Positions 12,441-24,371 of a DNA stretch of 64,000 nucleotides are shown here, piece after piece. Position 1 is the first letter of the stretch, and each line of letters starts with the position of its first letter. Under the pieces are notes generated by a model that did no database searches, was not told where the DNA came from, and saw nothing but the letters and a program-made list of their open reading frames with translations. The DNA is taken from contig CM120640.1 in assembly GCA_051362555.1 (NCBI GenBank), positions 3,038,001-3,102,000 on the forward strand. Direction: 5' to 3'. Source of the DNA: Lingula anatina (lineage: Eukaryota; Animalia; Brachiopoda). A program made the position numbers and the translations under genes.

Positions 12441-13831
12441 TTAACTAGCGCGACAGCAGCAGTATGACTGAGCGTTTACGGCATTGGTCAGCTGTCCGCA
12501 GTCCACACTTTTGTGTGTCCCCAGTCCAGTTAGGTATGTGTCCTGTTGATAGGTCGCCGAGAGCCGAGTCGCGTTTATGTTGACAGATAACCAACCGACA
12601 CAATGGAAGGTGCTGAAATTTGTAAAAGAAAAAAAGAAATATACATGTACTTCAAATTAATTTTAACACCACATTGCATATCCAACTGTTAGAATAAAGT
12701 CACAACACTCTTGCCCTCTTGTAAATCCAAGTAGTGTTTTAGTTTAGTTGTGACAAACGCGCATTAAAAACCCTTTGTTTTGAAAGATGTGTCAACAATA
12801 AAGAAGGGCATACCTGTATCCAGCTAATTCCGCGTCTGCCTGCCCCCAGGTGGTGCACATAGTCCCGCAATTTGTTCCGCTGTTAGCTCTTGGAGCAAAC
12901 GTCAGACCTTCCGCCGAGTTCATTGCAGTGCAAGCTGCGGTCATCATCTCATCGTAATAATTGTAGTAGTCAGATTCCTCGAAACCTGGACACAAAGATT
13001 TACAAGCATTTAGACATTTAGCCCTTAAACTCTTATCAGCTATATGAAACTATTTGTTAAACTTGCTGTATGCACTTTCAGAAATATGTAAGTTACATGT
13101 GAACAATATTTGTAGCTTCCCTTCTAATGGTTCTGTTTAACTGACACAAAATTGCCGTTAGGATAGGATCCGAAATAAACCCTTGGAGCCAATATTTGGA
13201 AACTTCACAAATATTAGATAATAAATGGCAATTCCCTGTTACACAGAAAATAAGAAGCAGATTTTGCATGAAAAAGTGTTAAATAATGTGCGTCGATTAT
13301 CTAGAACTAAAGTTCATATAGTTCACATAGTATATCAAATACAATATGAACATTCCCCTTAAATATCTCTAATTAAAAAAGAATTAGCATAACCTCTTTA
13401 GAGTAGTACATATGATATTAGTTCGGAAGATCAAATTTGATAGATATAACGACCTAAGAGATGCACAAACTATAATCTCCGCCACTTCACCTCTTCACAT
13501 CGCCGTCCTACCCATTCCCTCACTCACCTCGCCAGGGGAAATACACCCATTCCGGGTCCTGCAGGAGGGTGCCTTCCAGGTCGGCCCCAGTGTGCAGCTT
13601 GCACGTTCTGGCCGAGGCACTTTGACTCATAGCGTTACAGGCGTCCATGTTCCAGCAAGCGATGGCGCACTTAGTGCCGCTAAAATTATCTTTGGTTACG
13701 GTCTGCAAACCTGTAAACTGCTTATTTCTCAGTCCCTTCCATACCTTTTGCACGTATCTAGTGTTTGAAGTTACACACACGCCATATACCAGTAACAGAG
13801 ATAGAATCCCTTTCTGTTGGAAACAACGCAT
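12441..13831 (-). CDS. Secreted PAN/apple-like domain + Cys-rich family domain protein, copy B. Exons 13831-13528, 12985-12814, 12612-12441
   Basis: Signal peptide; CAIACWNMDACNAMS..RTCKLH..W (PAN-like Cys spacing); then GFEESDYYNYYDEMMTAAC...RLS...SYCCCRAS*. Exon lengths 304/172/172 are identical to those of the right-arm copy. Confidence 0.87.
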
Positions 13832-16222
13832 CTTGCAGGGGAGAAACAAACGCCAGCTATAACTAGACGGCTGTGTAATTTCTTGGACTACAAAAGAAGA
13901 TTTTGTTTTTGGTCTGTGACACAGTGTCACGTAAGTTTTCAAACTAAAATATCTATTTTGAAGAAAAGGGAAAAGGATAAGATACTGAAATCAATTCGAA
14001 GTTAAAAAAACAATAGAACCATCTTCCCGTATATTTATTATCCTACAGACCGGTTTGTTAGATCCTTGTACACGTTTACCCTGCCATGGAAGTTATGTGC
14101 ACGGAAATCTACACATTGATTGTGAGACATGTTGTTTTCTAGATTAGCAATGAGAAAATCAAATAAGGTTTGTAGCAGTTATTTGTTGATCAAAATAGTC
14201 AGTTGGCACGGAAATTTCAATCGATAAAGTAATCAAACTCAAGGTCTCACAAGTGTGAAGCGTGGGAATTTGATCGGGGGGGGGGGGGATATTTGTGATT
14301 TTCTGCAGAAAACACATTGAGTAGTAAAAAGTCAACCTATTTTGGTAATAGGCATGGTTCTAGCAAACAACAACAACAAAAAAGGAGGGGGGGGGGGGGG
14401 TTATTCACATTCAGAAATATAAAATTAACTAAAGTATGTGTTGCATCCAAGAAATGTGCGTTTTTACATTGTATATGGCTAATAAGTATTGCTATACATC
14501 TCTATACGTGGTCGGCACGCCTTTGATCATTATTCAAAATACAGCAAGAGTAGATATCTTCCGTATACATACTTCATTTATAGTAAAAGGAATAATTCAC
14601 CATTTCACCCTCTTTTGCTTATTCTGAACTCTTCGTGTAAAATTAACCACTGTCAATATTTTACTTTATACATCTGTGCATTTTACCCGAATTTTTTTCC
14701 TTGTCTTTTTTCAACGCTTTTTAGTTCACATGGGAAGTGGAATATAAGACTTCAATAATTTCTAAATTTAAAATGTTGGATTTCCTTTTTATTTAGGCGC
14801 ACATCTTTGGTAATCGAGAAAAATTGTCCACCGGGAAAGTTCATTGATTTTTTACTTAAACATTGTCATTAGACAAAAATTTCTGTGTTTGCTCTCATAG
14901 AGCTGTGTACTGTGACGTTAAGGGCCTGTTGACCATTTTCTTCACGCCACAATGTAAAGAAAATATAGAATTGCAAGAAGTCGCTGTTGATGATAATGTT
15001 CAAACGATCTACTGTCATTTTTAGCTGAAGGCATTGTAATTTAAATCAATAAAGAAACTTCAATATTTTTTTGCAAAAAACGTCCTGCATGAAGCGTGAG
15101 AATGTAATTTTGGGTGTTGGGGTGAAAGCGCGTTAAAATGTGAAGATTTGATCAAGAAAGAAAACACTTGATTGCCATAATCATTCATTGTGTTCGCGAC
15201 ATCAGTTTAAAGTAACGGAGTGATTACACTGCCACTGATCAACTGCTTCGCCCTGAAGTAATGCTTGAAACATTTCGTTGAAGATGTTCATTGTCGAATT
15301 CTTCATGTTGCCATTGTCACTAATCGACGGTACATTTACTATTGATTTATCTATTGGTCTTCAATTCATATTACTCACCTATATCTTCATATTAAAACTT
15401 TCGGATTGACACATACCATATGCTGAATATACGGTTTAAAGGGTTTATCTATTTAATTTTATAATTTCAAATTTTATTTATTCTTTTTAGTATCATTTAT
15501 ATATTGTTGTGGGTGCTATTAGCCACGATTTTGTGCGCACATGTTTTTGAATTGCGTTTAAGCTGCATATCTTTTATAAATTATCGTATACCTGTACATT
15601 ATTTATTTTAAGCGCAATAAAATACATTTAAGAGTAAATGATCAAACCGTACATGTGCATCTTCACTTATCAAGTCTTTTGCGTCAGTATTATGATGAGA
15701 GACCACACTAATATAAAATTTTCAAAGTGAAATAATGGTCTGGCTTTTTAGGAAATTTCTTTTATTTTCAAACTCTGCGTATTCACAAGTATTATATTTT
15801 TAAAGACAGACAATCAATCTCAAAATGAATTACATAATCAAATTAAAAAAAAAAAAGAAAATCAAAATTACCAAAACATATTGAGAATACCCTTCTTCGA
15901 TTAGCCACATGTACAAAAAAGAACGTTCATAATATATACTGAAGCAGCTCATCCGTTTATTAAATACTGAACTTGTGGACATTAAAAAACACAATATTAA
16001 GGTCTACAACCTTCAATAATACCTATATTGAAAGGCATATCTGTTTATTATATATGTACACCTTTTACAACCGCGGTGCAGGTTCACAGACTACGTAGGA
16101 GCATTAGTTTTATCGAATACTTGTTTTCATCAACTGATGATATCACACCCTCCGCGGTCGTACCCTAGACCCAGAGTTTGTAGATTGTCTTCGTTATTTC
16201 TCTTGCCAGCTTGACGGGAATC

Positions 16223-17386
16223 TTAATTTTTACAGCAACAGTAATTGGGCCCACACCCGAGGGTGCTGCAGTCGTTGTACCTGTATATCTTCAGTCCCAC
16301 TGTCCCTATGTCCTCTCTGGGGTCTGGGGACAGGCGACGATTGCTGTCATAGACGTGCTGTCCACCAAAGCAATTCTTACTGAAAATATACATTAAACTT
16401 TGAAGCAGTGCTCACAAATAATAACGTACACATGTGAATGTCACATCATTAAAATGCCGTGCACTTACGTTGACGCCGGAATCCAGTATATAATGGAACG
16501 TATGGTTGCGTCATGTATGTATGCTTTGAGAGGGGATTAGGAAGAATCGTGTTTCATTGAATTAATCTTTAAATTTAAGATGTAACGGTTTTTAATTGGC
16601 AACTACGACATTGACAAACATATCATGATAATACAAATAACAAAAACAATAAATGAGGCAAAAAGGGAAATGAAGAAAGTGAGAGAGAGAGAGAGAAAAA
16701 ATAAAAGAAAGGATGAAAAGAAAAAAAAAAGAATTAAGTGCAATAATCCAACCCTCCGTGCTTGATGGGGGTTGCTGTGCGTTTTGTTTTATCAGATTCG
16801 CCAGAGAAGGCTATACCTACCCAACAGAGGTACATATGTCAGCACAGTTTGGCTGACTGGAGTCGCACTGCCTTCGTACGGCAAATATTGCACCGCTAGT
16901 CGTCATGGAAACACACACAGCTTGCGCCATCTCATCACGGTAATTGTAGAAGTCGGTTACTGCACGACCTGAAGGAAAAGAAGAATAAAAGATAGAAAAT
17001 ACCTCATGAATAAGGTGAAATGAAATGTAATAAACAAGTGTAAAACGGGGATTTGATTTCTAACTGTCACGATATGTGAAAGGCCTATCCAAGTCTGAGA
17101 TAACTGGCACTCCAATTAAATTTACATTGGCCTATTATGCATATGACAGCTTATTGGTCTCTGCTGTTCTCCTTAATAAAAATTTCTAAAAATCCAGTAC
17201 TTTTCAAGGCCACCTTCACAACATTTTGACCTATCTTTCTATAAGTTATTGTTACCAATGAAACAAATCCATTTTCTGTTAAACTAGAGGTAAAACTAGA
17301 TGAGCACCTTCTCTGTTAGCCAGAGTTCTACAGATCAACACTACACAGAGAGCGAAGAGAAAGCGCCAGTACGCCATGACACCCAT
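16223..17386 (-). CDS. Secreted 10-Cys protein, family copy C. Exons 17386-17308, 16968-16821, 16379-16223
   Basis: MGVMAYWRFLFALCVVLICRTLANRE-GRAVTDFYNYRDEMAQAVC...-KNCFGGQHVYDSNRRLS...CGPNYCCCKN*; same intron phases as A and B. Confidence 0.88.
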
Positions 17387-17421
17387 TGTAATAAAAGTCT
17401 CCTGTGTGAACGGAGGAGCAC

Positions 17422-17428
17422 TTTTATA
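17422..17428 (-). promoter_or_regulatory. Putative TATA box of gene C
   Basis: TATAAAA about 40 bp upstream of the ATG, conserved in the duplicate at 38048-38054. Confidence 0.55.
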
Positions 17429-18321
17429 GACTGTGACACATGACACTAGGAAATCGATGCTGCTCTGACGAATACAAACCTGTTTCAATAATTGTTATGG
17501 TCATGTACCAGTACACTGCAGATTGAACGAAGTCTTCAGTGAAATGAAGAGGGTGTTCACGCAAAAGACTTAAGAATACCACACTAGCCTACCTGAACGA
17601 AAAAAATCTTAATCGCTCAAGACCGTTTAAATATTTCATTAAAATTAAAATAAGTAAAACGAACAATTTCATAAAGTAGCCATATACTAAGTACCCTGGC
17701 CTTTATAGGCGACAAAATAATGTACTTAGAGGAAAATCAACTCTTCATTTTGGTGAGGAAAAGTGCCATAAAACAATTTTCCTGGGGTAAACGACTATTT
17801 TTCCCATATCTTAAAAAATATTTAATAGATCCGTTCCGACATTCAAAGTAGGCCTAAGTCGATTTTTTTAAAAAAAATTATTATTTATTTATTTATTTAT
17901 TTTTGTAATGATCTCTAAAGAGCTTGTTACGGAAGGTAGCCAAGAAAATCAACGTGGTCCGATGGCAAGCACAGATTTCGGAATAATTGCAATAACCGCT
18001 GTTTTGGTGGTAAAATGGAATTCATCAGGTGTTGCTTACAATGTATTCATTGTCAATTTTGAATCTCATATGAATTAGAATTTAGAGTTGTTGAAACAGA
18101 ATCTCAGAAAATAAGTAAATAAAATCCAAATGAAAGAGGCAGACATCGGATCACCTGTTTTATTTAATCTATCAAGGTGACAACCGAGCGTGTTTACAAG
18201 TACGCCTACATGTATATTCGCCTCACCTCTACTTTTTTTCAGCGGACTGTCTTGCAAGACCTAAGCGCCGTCTACAGGTTAAACATTCCACACCAGTCGG
18301 CCATATTTGATGCGATTCGCC

Positions 18322-20630
18322 ATGGCTATGCTTAGGCCGGTTTCGCGTTTAAATTATGTAGTTTCCAAGGCTGCAAGGCTTTCATCAGCCTCATTACAAC
18401 AAAGAAGAGAAAAGGGGGATCTAATATTAACGTTTGCTTCACCTGGTGATGTATGTCATTCCGTTTCTTGAAACGCACACAAGAAACAGTTTATATAGGC
18501 CGTTTCATGAAACTCGACTGTCGTGTATTTCTAGTTACTTGTTAATTACTGTAGAACTTAATCACGCAAAAGCACTTTACTTGTTTGTCAGATTAATTAC
18601 ATTTTCGTTGTACACATTTCAGCAAGTCGTTGTACAGTATAAGTGCATCCCATCAATCTCACTGACTTTTTACATTTTTGGTGAAATTCAAACTGTTAGA
18701 TATGTTTGTACCTTAAGGTAACATTCCAGTGAGTAGTAACGCAATCTTCCCTTCAATAGGTATATTATGTTCAACAAAGTGTGAAGCAAGTAGATGTCCC
18801 TACGTTGGCCGGATCAGTGGGTATTCTACCAGATCACGTTCCATGGATTGGGTGCCTGAAGCCAGGACTACTGAGTGTGTTTGAGGAAAGTGGCACAAAA
18901 GTACAATACTTTGGTAAGACGTCTTTGGGAATTATGAGACATAGCTTACCTAGAGAGCACTGCAAGAGTGCAGACCTCCTCGAAGACAAAATGTAGAAAT
19001 AAAAGATGAAAAAATATTCAGTAAAATACAGGAGACCTGGATTCAGTACAAATTATTACTTCTTTTCCTCCTGAAAAAACTCCTCATCCAAAAAGAAATT
19101 ATCAAAATTTCTGAAAACCTTTCTGAGATTGCTTGCTTATACAAACACAGTAAGCTCCCTTACTAGTAAAGGTAAAAATTAAGATTTCCCTAGTGATATG
19201 AGGTTAATTGCACACATATCTTTGAGAAATTGTCTTTGAATACCAGAATCAACAAATTGAATAAGGATTGTGTATTAGGATCTGCAACAAAAGTGAAACC
19301 TACAACCAGGTAGCACAGAGCATCTTAACTTATAAGTGCTTCCCTTTTAGTATGTTAAAAATTTTAGGTATTATGCTTAACTAAAGGCCTTGTAAAAGAA
19401 TAGAAAACTTCATTTTTTTTATTCACAATCATTCTTAAATAATTCACAAGTCTCAGTTGATCTCCATTAAATTCCTTTTTTTGTCACTTAAGTTTAATTG
19501 ACGATAATGGTATTTTTATGCTATTGTAAATTTGTCATGTCCAATATGAGTTTACAAACATTTATTGCAATATAGCTGTACAGAATGAATGTACCTTACT
19601 TTGTAATGACTTTCAGTAGACTTAGAACTAGTAAGGAAAGAACTTTAATTTCATATATATCAAATTGTTTTTAGCATTTTTTTATCTGTTGTGTTTAACA
19701 TTGTGAAGTGTATTGAACATATGTAGATTTTAGATTCTATATTATAATAATTAATATTAATGACTATTAAATACTATTTGTATTAGATTTTGTTCTCCAG
19801 GATCTTGTCTCTACATTTATATGCTGTATATTTGCTTTCAGTAAGCAGTGGTACAGCTACAGTCAATCCAGACTCCAGCTTACAGATATTGGCAGAAGAA
19901 GCAGTGCCTGTAGACAGACTGGATACTTCTGTAAGTTTTAAATCATAACATTGACACGGCATAGTATACCACAACCAGAATATGGCTTGCAAATTTCTGT
20001 GAAGTGGCAGAGAGCACATTCATATCTAGCATACCTTGACCAGTTCCAGTACTAGTGTCAAAGATGTGCCGTTTTATCCTCATCCAAAGAATTTGTCAGA
20101 ATTTACCACCGTCTTTTCATGTTCTCCACATTCATAGTACTGTACAGTATTTGTAGGACACTTTAAGGCATGTGAGGTGAATTTTCTTCCCACAATACAT
20201 GATTTACATTTCTACTTAATGAAGTTTACCAAAATGACAAGCCGACATTTTTGTTTCAAAGATTGTAAATGTGTTAGTAAAATCGTTTTGCATTTCACAA
20301 CTCTTGCCCCTTATAAAAACTTCTTCCATGTGTACCATCCATTTTCCAGGATCATTGCCTTTAAGATGATTCATAATCATCGAAATAGGTTTGATATTAT
20401 TGTTAATCTGTCCAAGGATGGTGTGTGTATTTATGCATGTGTGATTCCTTGTTTTGTATTGCTATTTTAACATATTATTTATTTTATTTCATTACCAGGC
20501 AGTGACCAGTGGTCTAGCCAAGGCACAACAGATGGTGACCAGCGCACCCACAGACAAGGAAAAAGCAGAGGCACAGATTGAAGTGGAGTGTTACGAAGCT
20601 TTACAAAAAGCTCTCCTTGACAAACATTAA
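18322..20630 (+). CDS. ATP5F1D: Mitochondrial ATP synthase F1 subunit delta. Exons 18322-18450, 18760-18913, 19842-19930, 20499-20630
   Basis: Basic transit peptide, then LTFASP, VKQVDVPTLAGSVGILPDHVP..LKPG, YFVSSGTATVNPDSSLQILAEEAVPVDRLD and KAEAQIEVECYEALQKAL. Confidence 0.95.
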
Positions 20631-21149
20631 TGATTTTTTATGGTTGTAGAAATTACACTCTCTACTCCAGTGTTATATGTATGAAATGGACAGTGTTCAA
20701 GTTAAGTAGAATTGAGAAGTGTGTGTCCAGCACCTGTGTTGTTACACTGTATTTCTAGAAGTTTTGCTGTGCAGAGATGATTCAGTGCATTTTAGGGGAA
20801 ATTAATTAAAAATGTTGATTTGAATTAAGATGATACTCGCAGCATAGGGAATTTAAAGGTTGCCTTTCTGCAAGTCATTGTCATGTTTGAAAGTAACTAG
20901 AAATAAATGATAATTGTCTATCACCTTAATTTTTTTTTTTTTAATAAAAAAGTAAATTGATGGAATAGTGGATGATGGTCAAAAGCTTAATTAATATGGA
21001 TAAATCCAGATTTGGTTATACACTTTGACTGGAGATAAAAAATTAATGTCGACACTTCCACGTTCCATAGGGAGACCTGATTTTTTTTGCAGATTTAAAG
21101 TAAAATTTTACGGCCCCTCCAAAACCCTGGAAAGGCCACTAAGCCATTT

Positions 21150-21697
21150 CAGGCCTACCCAACTAACACTCGACCCTAAGGATCCTGAATTAACCGGTAT
21201 ATCGGACCTTACTACCCGTTTTCAAGGTGTGTGTCAGATCGCATTTCGGAGTACCAACCAGAACATTGACAGGATGAGCCCTGGCATGCTCGGCTGTCAC
21301 TTTGATTGGATAGTAAACGATTGTCGTAAAATCGCTATATGATTTTAAAACCGGGCGCATAAATTTGAAAGCCACCTAGATGAACCTTAGACTACCACAT
21401 TAATCTAATACAATGCAAAAAAGCCCTATCAAAAGTGGTTAAAACATTCAAACTGAATGTCGTAAAGTCCCCATATACCCCCATAGAGACAATAAAATAG
21501 AGTACTCTAAAGTAAGAGTACAGTTTCAGGTTGTTCAGCCGAGCATGGATGAGCCCGCAGCCGTGCTACAAAATTTGTTCTGGGGTATGATACTCCGAAA
21601 TGCGATCTGACACACACCTTGAAAACGGGTAGCGTGGTCCGATATACCGGTTAATTCAGGATCCTTAGGTGCCGAGTCTGGTAGTTGGGTAGGCCTG
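21150..21697. mobile_element. Non-autonomous DNA transposon (MITE) with TIRs over 110 bp and a 5-bp TSD
   Basis: Starts CAGGCCTACCCAACTA and ends TAGTTGGGTAGGCCTG; CATTT lies immediately on both sides. Confidence 0.85.
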
Positions 21698-21907
21698 CAT
21701 TTCTTCCTACTTTCTTCTCACAACTTGATTTATCGTCTTTGTAAGACTCTTACTAAGAGTCAAATTTCTGCTCGTGTGAAGTGCAGGAAGAAAACCACAT
21801 ATTGAGAAAAATAATTAATGGGATTGAAATTTTTTTAATCCAATCGAAATGAGAAAATTAATGATGTGATAAACCATGTTCTGTTCCACTGTTTTCTATC
21901 AAAGATG

Positions 21908-22961
21908 TCAGCTGCCTTGTTCTGTATCATTAAAATGACTTGCTTTCAAAAGTTTGTCATTCAAATAACACAGCTGCAGTAGGAATCCATCATTAGGACA
22001 GATTTCCCTTTTCTTCCTGACAGTTCTAACTGCTTGCTGTACTGTCATGTGTTTCTTCAGCATTAGATAGGCCAAGGTGATGGCGGCTGACCGGCTGACA
22101 CCTTCTCTGCAGTGAACAACTATTCGACCTGAGGAACAGAAATGGAATTTTTACGCTGTGTTAAATAGAATTTATAATCATGCCTGAATTCTTTCCAATT
22201 TAATCGGAATACTGATTTCATCAAATTGTTCTTCTGGCGTTAAGTGGGGCCCACATCCTTGATCCTAAGATCCCCCAAGTTATTTCTAAATACTTTTTTC
22301 TGGCAATTCAAAATCATTTTGGGGTATTAGCCACAGTTCTGCTGATGTTCTTTGCGATGAGAATAATGCGGTGTTATAATGTTCTCACCTGGCAAAAAAC
22401 AGAAGAATTCAAGAAGTTGACTTCCCCTAGTACACTGAGGTAGTGTTAAGACAAAAAATTTATCATTATTCCTAAAAGAATCATCTGAACTTCACAATCA
22501 GAGGGATTACATTCAAGGAGTCTGGGATTTCAGTACCTTACCTCCTGATGTTATTGCCTCGTCAATAAAATTGGCAGTTTCCTCAAAATATGGACTCAGG
22601 TCAAAGTTCATCTGGTCTGTTGCTTCAATGGCCTTGAACTTGACCCCCAAATCTCTGTACATGACATGGTTGGTGTTCACATGATATGGGCTTTTCCCTT
22701 TAGCACAGTTCAAAATGTGGGTGATACCCAACCGTTTTAACTCACTTTTACTTTTTGCTGTAGTTCTGAAGTAGAAAAAACATTTCTGAATCAAAACATT
22801 TTAGACATAACTAACTACATTTAATCTTTGTTTTAAATTGTTCTTAGCTTATGGTTATCATTTGCCAATGAATGAAACATTTCCATTAAATATCTCACAT
22901 AAGACAGGCACTCTTATCAATTTTTATTGATATTTTAATTTAAAAAAATGAAAACATTCAA

Positions 22962-23013
<52 letters not shown>

Positions 23014-23172
23014 AAAAGTTTACCCGTCAGATATCAGCAGTCCTGGATAGACCTCATCCCAGTCATTGCTAGGCAGCATAAACAGCCCTCCTGTGTCAAA
23101 CGTCAGGATGGTGTGTAGCTCCTCCAGCGTGCAGGACGGTTCCTCTTTCCCTTTCTTTTTAAACATGGCCAT
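21908..23172 (-). CDS. Atypical dual-specificity phosphatase, DUSP3/VHR-like. Exons 23172-23024, 22765-22542, 22128-21908
   Basis: DEVYPGLLISD, LGITHILNCA, IEATDQMNFDLSPYFEETANFI, catalytic VHCREGVSRSA, AYLM, and REICPNDGFLLQL. Confidence 0.92.
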
Positions 23173-24371
23173 CCTTAATTGCCCTCTTTCAACTTCTTTG
23201 TCGTTCCACTACAATCAGACAAAGTGTGTGCACATTTTTTGTTCTTTTACCAATGACAAATACTTGAAAAGGCTGAATTTCCTGGCCATTTTTAGAAATC
23301 AATTTTTCTAAGCCATTGGCCGAAATTCTTGTTTTCAGATAACAGCGACTCGGTGAAGATAAAAAAAAAAAGCATTTTCATATCTAATAAATTTCACTAC
23401 TGTCCCATTGTGCATTGTAATGTTTTTTTTTCACCTAATCCCAATATCAGGAACAAGCACTGGTATTAGTATATGTACAGTAAATGCAAAACCATGAGAC
23501 TGGTATGGTAGTACAGAGGACAAATGCACTAAAACACTGACACAAGTACCTGTTATATATTTAATATGCACAAATTTACTGCATACAACATATGTTAAGC
23601 AAAACAATTTCTTAAGTTACACAAAGACACTGCAGCAAAGTATATTCAAATATACATTTATAACTTCGCTATAATGACCATCACGTTTACTCTAAAAATC
23701 ACATAATGAAGTATTGAATCCATTATTTGGTATTGAATTCACTCAATTTTTGAATCTAAAAAAATTAATTGTTTATCAGACAGTCTCTGTGCATAACACC
23801 AGAATACCATTTTTCATTTAAAGAAACCCTCTTGAATGATCATAATTGGGAAAATGGTTTTCTTCTGGGACTTTTGTGGCCTTTCATGCTAGTACAAGTA
23901 CTTGCAATTGTTTGACCAGAAAATAACTGAATATACTACTGTAACTGATATACTTGTTCATAAGGAATCAAAAACCCTTATGCTACCTGATCATCATATT
24001 TAACAAATTATCTTGTTTCACATCAAAAGAGAAGCTACAAATACGCAGAATATAAGAGATTAAATAATTATGTATTCTTCTTTTCATTAAAAAAATATTT
24101 TTGTAAATAGTGAACCATATTTGCCATTTCTGTCAGGTCTGTGTATGGTGATCTGAATTAAATTTCACAATTCAGTTAATTTCTGTATTAGTGCATTTTA
24201 TGATCTTGAGCACTGTACATGTAGTATACATGTAGACTGGTCACCGTCTAATGAGCAGACATGCATATACCCCCTTCCCCCTAGTAGGTGTAAAAACACT
24301 TTGTCTTTTTTTTCAGATTTGATAGTCAAGCAACTAAAAAAAATATGAAAAGCTTTTAGTCTTTGTGTCTG

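Larger units (their letters stand above)
5098..18300. repeat. Left arm of a large inverted segmental duplication
   Basis: Collinear reverse-complement similarity to 36952-59625 through exons, introns and intergenic DNA. Confidence 0.93.
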
